DNA of 64,000 bases from Acidimicrobiia bacterium (GCA_041576165.1 JBFGLM010000001.1:96001-160000), one strand, 5' to 3'. Shown: positions 38,529-48,786, counted from the stretch's first letter. Made by a program: numbers and translations. The notes: a model not told the origin generated them from the sequence alone.

Positions 38529-39394
38529 TGGCCAGCCAGTTGATCGAACGCCAGCCGGTTCGCCATGCCGCTTCCCAGTTCCACCGGGCTCGGCGCACCG
38601 CGCTCGGGTTTTTGCGGATGGGCTACCTGCGGTCGGTGGCGTACCCCCTCGGGTTCGTGCTCGAGCAGCTCAACGCCCTCGTGTTCCCGGTCGTGTTCGT
38701 CTTCATTGCCCAACTCACCGGGCCGTCCGGTGCAGCCGACCGTTTCGGCGGCGACTACTACACGTTCGTGATCATCGGGATCTTCTCGGTCCATGCCATC
38801 ACTTCGGGTATCAAGGGTTTTTCCGCCGAACTCGATCAGGCCATCGTGCACGGCAACTTCGAAATGCTGCTGGTCGAGCCGATCCGGTGGCGCATGCTCC
38901 CGTTCGCCATGTCGCTGTGGCCGATGATCCTCGGCTTGCTCACGGGCGCCTTCATCCTCCTCTCGGGCGGGGTGCTGGGCGCTGAGTACAACCTGGTGGG
39001 CTTGCTGCCCGCCCTCCCGATCGTTCTTCTCGGCCTCACGGCCGGCCTGTCGGTCTCCATCTTCTCGGCCTCGGTCAAGGTGCTCGCCAAGAAGGGCGAC
39101 CCGATCCTCACCGTCTTCCTGCTCATCGCTCACGTCTTCTCCGGCGCCTACTTTGCGCTGGAGATGATCCCGGGATGGATCCGCTGGGTGTCCTACCTGA
39201 TACCCCATACCTACGTGATCGGCGCGCTGAGGCGGGTGCTGATGCCGGCCGGCTCCACGCTCGACGCGATGACCCTGGACACGGCCCTCGTGGGGCTGGT
39301 GATCTTCAACGTCATCATGTATCCACTGGCTCTGTACCTGTTCGGACGCGGCATGGAGGTGGGTCGCAAATACGGACTGCTCGGCGGCTACTAG
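38528..39394 (+). CDS. ABC-2 type exporter permease
   Basis: 6 TM, GNFEMLLVEP, FSGAYF, IPHTY; TAATG overlap with the ATPase. Confidence 0.9.
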   Translation: MASQLIERQPVRHAASQFHRARRTALGFLRMGYLRSVAYPLGFVLEQLNALVFPVVFVFIAQLTGPSGAADRFGGDYYTFVIIGIFSVHAITSGIKGFSAELDQAIVHGNFEMLLVEPIRWRMLPFAMSLWPMILGLLTGAFILLSGGVLGAEYNLVGLLPALPIVLLGLTAGLSVSIFSASVKVLAKKGDPILTVFLLIAHVFSGAYFALEMIPGWIRWVSYLIPHTYVIGALRRVLMPAGSTLDAMTLDTALVGLVIFNVIMYPLALYLFGRGMEVGRKYGLLGGY

Positions 39395-39455
39395 CCGAGC
39401 CGGTGGGCTGGCCCGACGGGCCGGCGCCTCAGCAGCTCTCGCTAGCCTGAAGCCG

Positions 39456-39752
39456 ATGCGCAAGACGCCCGAGGATCTACCCGACCTGCACGGGGTGCTC
39501 GATCTCGGCCACTCGGCGGGCGGAGACCATCTGCGCAGCATCCTCATCGCGGATCGGCGCCTCACGGCTCAGCAGATCGCCGTGAACGTCCGGGGCACCG
39601 GCCGGATCGGGGGCACCGGCGCGGAGCTGAAGGACACGGCAGCCGGTGAGGTACGCCATGGCATCCATGGGACGAGCCGGCTGGAATGGGGCAGAGGCGT
39701 CGTGTACGCCAAAATCACGCCACACCGCATGTTCACGTTCCACATGCAATGA
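39456..39752 (+). pseudogene. Probable internally deleted pyridoxamine-5'-phosphate-oxidase-like (FMN split barrel) gene
   Basis: The N-terminus (MRKTPEDL..L..LD...G.HLRSI...RRL) and C-terminus (YAKI.P.RMFTF) resemble longer actinobacterial PNPOx-like proteins as I recall them; the middle appears missing. Confidence 0.45.
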
Positions 39753-40222
39753 GAACATTCACGACCACGACGGCAAGCCCGCTCGGACCCATTCAGCTCG
39801 CCGGAAGCGAGCAGTACCTGACCGGCGTGTGGTTCGCCCAACGCCGGCACGCACCGGACACGACGGGTTGGGAAAGCACGCGCACGCCGTTCGAGCGGGC
39901 GCTACTTCAGCTCGAAGCCTATTTCGCGGGCGAGCTGCGGGAGTTCGTCCTGGATCTGGCTCAGGAGGGCACCCCATTTCAACGCCAAGTCTGGGAGGAG
40001 CTGGCGACGGTTCCCTACGGATCCACGATCTCCTACGCCGAGCTGGCCGCTCGCATCGGGCGGCCGGGTGCAGCCCGGGCGGTTGGGGCGGCAAACGGAC
40101 GCAACCAGTTGTCGATCATCATCCCTTGCCACCGGGTGATCGGACACGACGGGCGGCTGGTCGACTACGGCGGCGGGCTCGCCCGCAAACAAGCACTACT
40201 GGAACTAGAAGGAGCGCGTTGA
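39749..40222 (+). CDS. ogt: Methylated-DNA--protein-cysteine methyltransferase
   Basis: GTPFQRQVW, YGSTISY, ARAVGAANGRN, active-site PCHRV. Confidence 0.95.
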   Translation: MRTFTTTTASPLGPIQLAGSEQYLTGVWFAQRRHAPDTTGWESTRTPFERALLQLEAYFAGELREFVLDLAQEGTPFQRQVWEELATVPYGSTISYAELAARIGRPGAARAVGAANGRNQLSIIIPCHRVIGHDGRLVDYGGGLARKQALLELEGAR

Positions 40223-40274
40223 GCAGCCGGCCCCTTCCCGGAGCAAGTCAATCGGCCGCGCCGGTCGGGCGATC

Positions 40275-40517
40275 TCAGACCTTGGCGGCCACCAGATTCG
40301 CGATGGAGTTGATGGACTGGAAATTCTCAGGCACCAACTCGTCATCTTGGACCTCGACGTCCCACTCTTCCTCGATGAACGTGATGATCTTGAAGATGCC
40401 GAGCGAGTCCACGATGTCTTTCTCTAGCAGCTGGTAGTCGTCGGGCAGCTCATTGGCCGGCTTGTCCCAGCCCAGCTCCGTGGCGATGTAGTCCCTGATC
40501 TGATCCTTGATGCTCAT
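40275..40517 (-). CDS. Acyl/peptidyl carrier protein
   Basis: 80 aa, acidic, IVDSLG phosphopantetheine site, PENFQSI; ATGA overlap with the A-domain gene. Confidence 0.92.
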   Translation of the reverse strand: MSIKDQIRDYIATELGWDKPANELPDDYQLLEKDIVDSLGIFKIITFIEEEWDVEVQDDELVPENFQSINSIANLVAAKV

Positions 40518-42106
40518 TGACGTTCCTGTTCCCTTCCAATCTCATCTGCCAACGATCGCCGGTCAATCTTGCCCGTCGATGTTTTCGGTAAGACCTCCGA
40601 CACTCTGAAGAAGTCGGGGATCATGTAGGGAGGCAGCCGTTCCCGGCAATGGGACCGAAGCGCCCGCTCGTCGGCTGGACCGTCGAGCGCCAGCCACGCC
40701 AGGATCTTGTTGGTGACCAGCGGGTCGGTGATGGGCAGCACCGCACACTCCCTGACCCGAGGATGGGCGTACAGCGCCGTCTCGATCTCGCCGAGCTCGA
40801 TGCGGTATCCCCGGCTCTTGATCTGGTTGTCACAGCGCCCCAGAAAGCGATAGTCGCCGTTCTCATTCACGCACACCAGGTCACCGGTGCGATACACGGC
40901 GTCCGAGGATTCCGGCCGGAGCGGGTCTGGGACGAGCCGATCGCGTGTCGTTTCCTCATCACCCCAGTATCCATCCATGACGGTAGATCCTCGCACGCAC
41001 AACTCGCCGACCTCGCCCGGGTTGGCCTCGGTGCCGGCCCCAGTCAGCACGAATGTGTCGACGTCGCTGATCGGCTTGCCGATCGGGATGTCTGTGTGCG
41101 GAGGCGGCGGGGCCGGGACTTCGTAGTAGGTGCACACATTGGTCTCGGTTGGACCGTACTGATTGATGAAGCGAGCGTGCGATGCCTTCCGCATCAGCTC
41201 GCCCAAGTACTTGGAGGGAAACACCTCGCCGGCGAAGCTGATGATCCGCAAGGAGGGCAAGGACCCCGGCCCAAGATCTCCCCGGCGGACCAGCATCGAG
41301 AGGACCGAGGGCACTGAGTACCAGATCGTGATCATGTGGTCCTCGATGAACCGTTTGATCTGAATCGGAAACATCGACGTTTTGTGCGGGACCAGGACCA
41401 CCGCCGCACCGACCAAAGCCGCGCCGAAGATGTCGGCCACGGACATGTCGAAATGGAGTGGCGGCTGGTTGGAGAAGCGGTCGTGCTCGGTCGCTTCGAA
41501 GTAGTCCACGAGCCAGCGGACATACGTCAACCCATTGATATGCGAGAGCTTCACACCCTTGGGAGCGCCAGTCGAACCCGAGGTGTAGAGGATGTAGGCG
41601 AGATCCTGGCCGATACCCCTATACCCAGTGAATTCAGTCGGCTGGGCCTTGATCGCATCGCGTCCGATGACCTTGACTCCGCCAGGAGCATCGAGATCCA
41701 TCGCTTCGGCGTTGGCCACCACCAGATGGGTCAAGCGGGTATCCGCGGCAACAATCTCAGTCCACCGCTCGGCCATCTCGGCCCCGGTGATGACCACCTC
41801 GATCCCGCAGTCCCCCAGAATGTAGGTGGCTCGGGCCGCGGCCGGCGCATACGGGTCAATGGGTACGTAGGCGGCGCCGGTTTTCAGAATGCCGTACAGC
41901 CCGGTAATGGCTTCCAGTGATTTCGCGAGGTACAGACCCACGCGGTCGCCGGGCCGCACACCGAGTTCCACGAGGAGGTTGGCCACTCTGTTGGCGCTGG
42001 CGTCGAGCTCGGCATAGGTGAGCCGGCGGTTCTGATCGATCACGGCCACTCTGTCGGGGAATCGCCTGGCCGACCCCTCGAGCGCGTGGTGCAAGCGGTA
42101 CGTCAT
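40514..42106 (-). CDS. Stand-alone amino acid adenylation domain (DltA/PltF-like)
   Basis: LTYAEL, YILYTSGSTGAPKG, FDMS, YGPTETNVC, YRTGD, QIKSRGYRIELGEIE, LPKTSTGKIDR. Confidence 0.92.
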   Translation of the reverse strand: MTYRLHHALEGSARRFPDRVAVIDQNRRLTYAELDASANRVANLLVELGVRPGDRVGLYLAKSLEAITGLYGILKTGAAYVPIDPYAPAAARATYILGDCGIEVVITGAEMAERWTEIVAADTRLTHLVVANAEAMDLDAPGGVKVIGRDAIKAQPTEFTGYRGIGQDLAYILYTSGSTGAPKGVKLSHINGLTYVRWLVDYFEATEHDRFSNQPPLHFDMSVADIFGAALVGAAVVLVPHKTSMFPIQIKRFIEDHMITIWYSVPSVLSMLVRRGDLGPGSLPSLRIISFAGEVFPSKYLGELMRKASHARFINQYGPTETNVCTYYEVPAPPPPHTDIPIGKPISDVDTFVLTGAGTEANPGEVGELCVRGSTVMDGYWGDEETTRDRLVPDPLRPESSDAVYRTGDLVCVNENGDYRFLGRCDNQIKSRGYRIELGEIETALYAHPRVRECAVLPITDPLVTNKILAWLALDGPADERALRSHCRERLPPYMIPDFFRVSEVLPKTSTGKIDRRSLADEIGREQERQ

Positions 42107-43056
42107 TTACCCCTACCCCTGGTATTGCGACGGTCCTCTGCCCTGGTCAGCACCCAACGGACCATCTCATCAACCATTTCATTCTGCACTGTTACGCGCG
42201 CCATGTTGTGAACTTCTCCATCGCGCAGGGAAACTTCGATCGCGGCTCCCCACGTCATGAGGCCGCCCAGGCGCCCCTCCCGGGCCTTCGAGAAGTCGAC
42301 GTAGTCGGCATCTTTGGATCCGTACGAAAACACGACCGGGACCCGGCGGCGGCCGAGCGTCTGGAGCTGGCTGATGAGCCGGGCGCTCACCCACGGAGTG
42401 GGATCCTCGTATGCCCCGGGTAGATACCGGCGCAATCGGCGCCAGCGGGCGGTGAGGAAGGTACGGGTGAGCCGGAGGTAGCGGCGGCGCCCCTCGGGCC
42501 GGCGAAGGTCGCTGAGCCGGATGGCCTTGACGGCGTGCGCGAAGTAGCCGGCCAGCGTTGCATCGTATGCCATGCGGCTGCCGGTGCCCTCCCCCCGGGC
42601 TCCGTCCCGGACCGGGCATCCGATTGCGTAGACGCCGGCCACCGCCGGGTTGGTGGCCGCGACCTCGAAACTAGCGCGTGCGCCGTAGCAATGCCCGATC
42701 AGCAAAACGTCGCCGGCTTCCGCCGCCATGGCGGCGACTGCGGTGCGGGCGTCGCCGACACTCGGCTCATCGAGCGCGAAGGTCTGCGCCACGCCACTAC
42801 TGTCGCCAGTCCCCGTGTAGTCAAACCTGAGCACCGGGAAACCTTCCGCTGCGAGAGCCCGCGCCATTCGGAAGCCCCACCGATTCGATTGCGAGTGAAC
42901 CACGTGGCCGCCGGCCGACAGAATCACTACCCCCAATCCGCCCCGGGCGCCTTCGGGCAGCGACCACATCGCGGCCAGGCTGGCGGCTCCGCTGTCCAGA
43001 AAGGCAGGGGCGTCTGTGACGTGCTGGGGAGCGTCGCTGATGGTCACTGCGCCCAC
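42103..43056 (-). CDS. Alpha/beta hydrolase fold protein, Cys-nucleophile type
   Basis: RFDYTGTGDS, GHCYG elbow, C-terminal GEVH. Confidence 0.8.
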   Translation of the reverse strand: MGAVTISDAPQHVTDAPAFLDSGAASLAAMWSLPEGARGGLGVVILSAGGHVVHSQSNRWGFRMARALAAEGFPVLRFDYTGTGDSSGVAQTFALDEPSVGDARTAVAAMAAEAGDVLLIGHCYGARASFEVAATNPAVAGVYAIGCPVRDGARGEGTGSRMAYDATLAGYFAHAVKAIRLSDLRRPEGRRRYLRLTRTFLTARWRRLRRYLPGAYEDPTPWVSARLISQLQTLGRRRVPVVFSYGSKDADYVDFSKAREGRLGGLMTWGAAIEVSLRDGEVHNMARVTVQNEMVDEMVRWVLTRAEDRRNTRGRGK

Positions 43057-43925
43057 CCCAGCCTTCGCAGCCAGTCCCGGGCCGCAGCCAATACCTCCGA
43101 CGTCAGCATCCGCTGCTCCTCAGCCACGAAATAGTCCGCGCGGTGATTGGCCACCCACCAGGACTCGCTCTCCGACGCCAGGCTCCGTAGGGTCCGGACC
43201 CCGGCTGCCTGTAATCCGTCCAACACCTCATCCAGCGCCTTTTGGCGGCGCCCGAACTCCACGACGAGCGCATCCCCGCCGTCCGGTCCCAGCTCACCCG
43301 ACAGCGTACGTTCTGCCATCGACGCATAGAAGCCGGGATGTAGCGAGTGTCCCAGCACGTCGACGCCGACTCCGTCCACCAGCTGGTCCCGGAGCCTCTT
43401 AGCGGTCAGATCCGTCTCTCCGTCGTGCACGGCCTGGGCCATGCGGGTGCGGAACAGCTCGTTGAAGTAGCGGCTGCCAGAGATAGCCGGTTCCCACAGG
43501 CTCACCGGCGCCTTCTCCCCAGAAGCTGCGGCTGCGGCAGTGAACGCCGCCAGCCGTGTGCCATGAAATCCGAGTGAGCCTGCGCCCGACCGATGCACGA
43601 TGGCCTCTGCGACGCGGCGAACGTCCTCCAGCAGCCGTTCGAGCGTCAGGAGCGCCGGATCGCCGGTGCTGTTGCCGATCCCACGATGGTGGAAACGGGC
43701 TGCCGCAACTCCGTGCCGCGCCAGGTCACGGGCCAGCAAGACCTCACGCCGGTAGTTGCGGGCAAACTCGGCAAAGAACGGACTGCAGATCACCATGGCA
43801 CCGTCACCCATCCCCGCAGCGGGAAGATGATGAACCACATAGACCTGGTCGGCACCGATCGTCACGAACTCCGCGACCTCTCGGCATCCGGTCGCCCGGT
43901 CGACCCACGTGGCGCTGGTGTTCAT
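43044..43925 (-). CDS. Alpha/beta hydrolase fold protein, Arg-at-elbow type
   Basis: SPFFAE..RNYRREVLLAR, RFHHRGIGNS, GTRLA elbow, LWEP. Start ATG 43925. Confidence 0.8.
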   Translation of the reverse strand: MNTSATWVDRATGCREVAEFVTIGADQVYVVHHLPAAGMGDGAMVICSPFFAEFARNYRREVLLARDLARHGVAAARFHHRGIGNSTGDPALLTLERLLEDVRRVAEAIVHRSGAGSLGFHGTRLAAFTAAAAASGEKAPVSLWEPAISGSRYFNELFRTRMAQAVHDGETDLTAKRLRDQLVDGVGVDVLGHSLHPGFYASMAERTLSGELGPDGGDALVVEFGRRQKALDEVLDGLQAAGVRTLRSLASESESWWVANHRADYFVAEEQRMLTSEVLAAARDWLRRLGWAQ

Positions 43926-43941
43926 CGCTGGCACCACCCCT

Positions 43942-45108
43942 TCAGTCGACCGGGACGCCGGCCAGTTTGGCGATGATGTTGCGCATACTCTCCGAGGTCC
44001 CAACGTAGATGGTGGACGGGATTGCATCGCGCAGATCTTGCTGAATGTCGAAGTCGTGGAGGACGCCGCGCACTCCAAACGTCTGCATGGCGTCCAGCAT
44101 GAACGGCAGATAGTTCTCGCTCACGAACAGCTTGGCCACAGCCGCATCCTGCATCCAGGGCTGGATCGACTCCCCGTACCCGAGCCGGGCAGCCATGTCG
44201 TAGATGACCATCCGGCTCAGGTTGTAGCGCACGATCATGTCGGCCACCTTCGACGACACCTGCTGATGGGCGCCGATGGGTTTGCCGTAGGCCTCGCGGG
44301 TCTTACACCACTCGATGACTTCGTCGAGCACGCGGCCCATTGGGCCGAGCGCCGAGGTCAACAGCACTGCTCGTTCCCACCCGGTCGATTCGGTCAGGGC
44401 CCGCAATCCCCCGCCGACCCGACCCAGCACGTGGGAGGCGGGGACCGCCACCTCGTCGAACACCAACTCTCCCATGTGCACGGTGCGGAGCGCAATCTTC
44501 TCGAAGGTCCGGCCGAGCGCAGCCCCCGGCCAACGCATGTCGACCAAGAAACAAGTCAACGCAAAGGGGCCGCGCCCCTCCCCGGTCTTCGCCCACACCA
44601 TGGCCACGTCGGCGTTTGGCCCGTTGGTGATGAAAGTCTTGGTGCCGGAGAGAACCCAGCCATCCCCATCGGGCCGGGCAGCCGTGGACATGCCCATCGC
44701 GTCCGAACCGCCTGTTTCTTCGGTGAATCCATGGACGAGGGTGAGCTCACCCGCAATGGTTGGCGGCAGGTAGGCCGCCCGCAGCTCAGCCGAACCCAGC
44801 AGCGCGATTGTCATCTGAATGCCGAACACCTGCGAGATGGCCGCATACACCAGCCCGGTATCGCGACAACCTTGTCCCAAGCCCTCGAATGCGGCGACCG
44901 CATGGGACACGGGCGCGCCCCGGCCGCCATATTCCGCGGGCAGGCACATACCCAGCAGTCCTCGATCTGCTACCGCCTTCCAGGCGAGGGGGTCGTACGC
45001 ATCGCCGCGGCGATCTCGCTCGAGACCCCCCGCGGGCAGCGTGTCATGCGCCCACGTTTTGATCTCGTCCCGGATCTGGTCCAGCTCGGGGTCCTGCCAT
45101 GGCTGCAT
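43942..45108 (-). CDS. Acyl-CoA dehydrogenase family protein (prolyl-carrier-protein dehydrogenase-like)
   Basis: TEETGGSD, GTKTFITN, WER, REAYGKPIG.HQ, IYVGTSE. Confidence 0.88.
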   Translation of the reverse strand: MQPWQDPELDQIRDEIKTWAHDTLPAGGLERDRRGDAYDPLAWKAVADRGLLGMCLPAEYGGRGAPVSHAVAAFEGLGQGCRDTGLVYAAISQVFGIQMTIALLGSAELRAAYLPPTIAGELTLVHGFTEETGGSDAMGMSTAARPDGDGWVLSGTKTFITNGPNADVAMVWAKTGEGRGPFALTCFLVDMRWPGAALGRTFEKIALRTVHMGELVFDEVAVPASHVLGRVGGGLRALTESTGWERAVLLTSALGPMGRVLDEVIEWCKTREAYGKPIGAHQQVSSKVADMIVRYNLSRMVIYDMAARLGYGESIQPWMQDAAVAKLFVSENYLPFMLDAMQTFGVRGVLHDFDIQQDLRDAIPSTIYVGTSESMRNIIAKLAGVPVD

Positions 45109-45111
45109 CGC

Positions 45112-46335
45112 CTACCAGTACGTCTGATCGGCCTTCGATGCGTCGATACCCAAAGCCATCTTGCCCAGATAGGACAGACAGTCGTCGCTCTTGGCGGGCA
45201 TCAGCCCGCCGCAGCGAGCGTCGCGGTACAGCCGCTCGAGGGGCATGTGTTTGGAGATGGTGCTGCCTCCGCAGATCCGGATGGCCTGGGAGCCGAGCAC
45301 CGGTCCGAGCTCTCCAACCATGTACTTGGCGCGGTGGATGGCGCGGTTCGCGGCTTCGGACCCGGGGGCCTCACTCACCAGCCGCGCCGCCTCATACGTC
45401 ACCGACCGGGCCGCGCTGAGCTGAACGTCGAGCTCACCAACCATGTGCTGGGTCACGGAGTCATCGGCCATGGTCTGCTCCGTACCGGCCACAGCCTTCT
45501 TCTGCAGGTAATCGGTCATGAACTCGAAGATGGCGCTGCAAATACCGAGATATACGCCGTTGTAGCCTCCCACCTGCCAGTGCGGCTCCCGGGTGAGCTT
45601 GTAGAAGGCCATCCCTTCCGAGCGCATGAACAGGTGCTCCTTCGGCACGACGACGTCTTCCAAATACACCGTATTCGACGCGGTGGCACGCATACCGAGA
45701 ACGTCCCATACATCCTCGATCCGGGTGCCCGGATTGTCGCGGTCGACGACGAAATACGACAAGGTCGGCACATCGCCCGCCGTCTGGGCCGCGGCGCGGG
45801 CGGCCACGACGTAGTAATCCGCGTAGCCGGCCATAGACACGAACGATTTGACACCGTTGAGCAGGTAACCGTCGTTCGTGCGCTCGTAGGTGGTCTTGAT
45901 CTTGGAGTATTGGGCGCCGACGCCCGGTTCGGTGGTGGCCGAAGCGAACACCTTGCGCTGGTTCACGGCTTGATCGAACAGCCACGCTGCGAATTCTCGC
46001 ATTGCGTCACCCCGCCGGCCGGGCACTTCAGACAGGTCCATCTCTGCCACCCCGCCGGTCACGATGTTGTGCATGTTGAAGGTGAGGCCAGTCGCTGCGT
46101 GGCCGATCGAGATCTGCTCCAGAGCTTTCGTGTACGTGAGGAAGTCGGCTCCCGAACCCCCATATTCCTCGGGCACCATGATCCCGAGGAATCCGGCTTC
46201 CTTCAGGTCCTCGAAGTCGTCGGCGGGGAATTCGCCCGTCCGATCGTATGCACCGGCTCGGGTTGCGAAGACCTGACCCAACTGCCGGGCCTGCTCGATC
46301 AGATGGCCGCTGTCCATGCCGCTCATGAGGCTCAA
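45112..46335 (-). CDS. Acyl-CoA dehydrogenase family protein (atypical, lacks the YEG motif)
   Basis: VPEEYGGSG, TTEPG, LNGVKSF, WDVLGMRATAS, LERLYRDARCG. Confidence 0.88.
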   Translation of the reverse strand: MSLMSGMDSGHLIEQARQLGQVFATRAGAYDRTGEFPADDFEDLKEAGFLGIMVPEEYGGSGADFLTYTKALEQISIGHAATGLTFNMHNIVTGGVAEMDLSEVPGRRGDAMREFAAWLFDQAVNQRKVFASATTEPGVGAQYSKIKTTYERTNDGYLLNGVKSFVSMAGYADYYVVAARAAAQTAGDVPTLSYFVVDRDNPGTRIEDVWDVLGMRATASNTVYLEDVVVPKEHLFMRSEGMAFYKLTREPHWQVGGYNGVYLGICSAIFEFMTDYLQKKAVAGTEQTMADDSVTQHMVGELDVQLSAARSVTYEAARLVSEAPGSEAANRAIHRAKYMVGELGPVLGSQAIRICGGSTISKHMPLERLYRDARCGGLMPAKSDDCLSYLGKMALGIDASKADQTYW

Positions 46336-47270
46336 CTTCTGTCGCCGGGCACGGTGCGTTTCATCCAGTCCGACACCAGGTCCAGGAACGCCTCCTGGAC
46401 GGGGACCGACGGGAATCCGTGCACGAGGCCCTCGATGTCGTCCACTATCTCCACCCGACCCTCAGACCGCTCGAGGATGTGGCCCAATCGTCCCTCCCGG
46501 GCTCGGCGGAACTCACCGGTCAGCGGATCCTTTGTCCCGAAGACGAACAAGACCGGAATGTCACGGCTGACCATCTCGTCCAGCGGCTCGAGCAGCATCG
46601 GGCTCACCCAGTCGAGCCCGTCACCCGATTTGAGCGCCAGCCGATGCCGGACCTGTCCGGCGACCTGCTTCAGCTTGGCCTTGCCGAGCTTGATGTAGAG
46701 CTTCCGTCGGCCCGGTTCCGTCAGCGCCGCTTTGATCTTGTTGACGCTGGCAGCTCGCTTGGCGTAATGCGCAATAGACCGGTCTCGGGCCATCCACTCC
46801 GAAACCGCATCCGGATGGTCGTACCCGGCGGAAGGGGGTGTGGCCAGAATCAGCGCCGCAGTCTCTGGTATGTCCGGTGCCGAGGACAGCGCTGTGCGCG
46901 AACCGAAGCACGCACCGATCAGCACGAGCGAGTCGATCCCCAGGCTGCGCAAATAGGCCGCGGCCCCCTGCGTGTCGTCAGTGAACGGGTTGTGCAAGTG
47001 CAGACTGCGAATGACCCCGGTGCTCTCGCCGAGGCCGTGGTAGTCGAAGCGGATGACGTCGTAGCCGTCCCGAGCCAGGCGCCGCGCCAGCCGGACCGCT
47101 AACCGGTTGCGGTGCATCGAGATGTTCACGGTGTCGCCGCCCTGGATCAGGACCACCCCTACACCGTTCGGACGCTCCGGATGTGTGTGGATTCCGAAGA
47201 GCGTGTCGTCCCCCGCTGGGAAGTACACGGGTTGTTCGTGAGCGGCGATCGCTACGTCCTGCATCGTCAT
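46332..47270 (-). CDS. Alpha/beta hydrolase fold protein, Cys-nucleophile type
   Basis: HRNR, RFDYHGLGES, GACFG elbow, GLVH. Start ATG 47270. Confidence 0.8.
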   Translation of the reverse strand: MTMQDVAIAAHEQPVYFPAGDDTLFGIHTHPERPNGVGVVLIQGGDTVNISMHRNRLAVRLARRLARDGYDVIRFDYHGLGESTGVIRSLHLHNPFTDDTQGAAAYLRSLGIDSLVLIGACFGSRTALSSAPDIPETAALILATPPSAGYDHPDAVSEWMARDRSIAHYAKRAASVNKIKAALTEPGRRKLYIKLGKAKLKQVAGQVRHRLALKSGDGLDWVSPMLLEPLDEMVSRDIPVLFVFGTKDPLTGEFRRAREGRLGHILERSEGRVEIVDDIEGLVHGFPSVPVQEAFLDLVSDWMKRTVPGDRS

Positions 47271-47393
47271 TGCTGACACCCCCTGGCGGATCCACGCAAG
47301 GCTAGGCAACGTTTGGGGGGCGCCCCGCCAGCACCCATCCATGACAGGCCAATGTATCGACTCTTGCGCGGCAATAAAACCCACCGGCCTGGT

Positions 47394-48617
47394 TCACAGG
47401 CCGGCGTAGTACTGCCCGACCTCAGTCCCGACAACGCTGTGGTAGCCCGGCTCGAGGTGGCCAATGTTGTCGCGATATCCGCTGCAATCCGGTAGCTCCG
47501 GTGAGAAGCCGGCATTCACCCCGGGTTCGATCGCCGCCACCTGGGCAATCGCCTGGTCGATGTAGGGATGCTGGACCGAAGCCCTCACCTGCTGGCCGTT
47601 CCAGTTGCACACGGACTCGTTGGGTCCGCCGACAACCGGCTGCAGCAGGATCTCACGAGTCGTCGGGTGCTGAAGCCAAATCTGGGTCACCGCTGCGCGG
47701 ATGTTGGCGGTCCACGCGGCCACGTCGCTGCCCGAGATACCGCTGATCGTGAGCACGGCCCGATCGACGATGGGCACCTCGCAGCCCGAAAACGGATCCA
47801 ACGCCCACCCTTCCCAGTCCGAGCCGGCGATCAGGTCCACGCCGGCTCCGCTGTCCCAGCGGAGCTGCCACGAAGCGTCGTCCACACCCGATTCGAAAGC
47901 ACCTCCGTTCGGCTCATACCATTCGCTGGTCTGGGAGAACCCGATGACTTCCGTGCATACGAAGCCCACCCGAGGCGGAGGAACCATGGGAGTCAGGGCG
48001 AGCGCCCGCCCGAGGAAGGTCGCCATTTGATCCCGCCGGACGGACTGTCGAGGACAGTACCGGCTGGTATCGCTCACCGAACAACCCTGGGTCACTCCTG
48101 CCACCGCTACGCCGTCGATATTGCGCTCGTGGACCGAGCCGTCGTCGTCATCGAACACGTCCGCCGAAGAGGCAGTGAGGTTCGGGAACGCACGTACCAG
48201 AAACGTCGCCATCTGGGCCCGGCTCACGGGCTCGTCCGGGCAGTACCGGCGCGGGGCGAATGGATCGCATCCCGATGTCACGCCGATGGCTGCCATGACG
48301 TTGATCCATGCCTCATGCACCGAGCCTTCATCGTCATCGAACGCATCCAGGTGGCCGCCCGGGGGGAGCGAAAGAGCCCGGCCGATGAACGTCGCCATCT
48401 GCCCTCGGGTCACGGCCCGGCTCGGGCAGTAGAACGTGCCGGCCTCATTACACCCAGCGGTGATCGAGGCCGCGGCCACCGCCTCGATGTAGCCCTCGTG
48501 GGTGTTGCCGTCGTCGTCGTAGAACGTGCCGCCCGGTGGCGGCTCGCCGGCCCAGACCAGTCCGTATGGCCAAAAAGACGTCACCGCGAGCACGACCCCG
48601 ACCAGTGCTGTACGCAT
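47394..48617 (-). CDS. Secreted SLH-domain protein with C-terminal SGNH-like domain
   Basis: Signal peptide; three SLH repeats (FYDDDG..HE..I, VTRGQMATF, VSRAQMATF, VRRDQMATF); C-terminal IGFS...DNIGH. Start ATG 48617. Confidence 0.8.
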   Translation of the reverse strand: MRTALVGVVLAVTSFWPYGLVWAGEPPPGGTFYDDDGNTHEGYIEAVAAASITAGCNEAGTFYCPSRAVTRGQMATFIGRALSLPPGGHLDAFDDDEGSVHEAWINVMAAIGVTSGCDPFAPRRYCPDEPVSRAQMATFLVRAFPNLTASSADVFDDDDGSVHERNIDGVAVAGVTQGCSVSDTSRYCPRQSVRRDQMATFLGRALALTPMVPPPRVGFVCTEVIGFSQTSEWYEPNGGAFESGVDDASWQLRWDSGAGVDLIAGSDWEGWALDPFSGCEVPIVDRAVLTISGISGSDVAAWTANIRAAVTQIWLQHPTTREILLQPVVGGPNESVCNWNGQQVRASVQHPYIDQAIAQVAAIEPGVNAGFSPELPDCSGYRDNIGHLEPGYHSVVGTEVGQYYAGL

Positions 48618-48786
48618 GACCCCTATCTCCCGCAGCAAGACGGCTTGCGGAACCCAAACCCTGCTTCCAGCATACCGGGAGGCCGATCCCGACAACGACA
48701 CGGAGTAGCAGCGGCGGTGCCGGTACACTTCACCACCGGAATGACCACGAGCCGACACTCGTGATTCGCGGTCACATCATTCTCGT

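Noticed and set aside
40275-42106. Calling the A domain and carrier dltA/dltC
   Set aside because: No DltB-type MBOAT is nearby, and the pocket residues and adjacent dehydrogenases point to a different pathway.
43909-46698. 929-aa ORF on the + strand
   Set aside because: Antisense shadow of two clear acyl-CoA dehydrogenases and a hydrolase. It has no recognisable motifs, and such shadows are expected at high GC.
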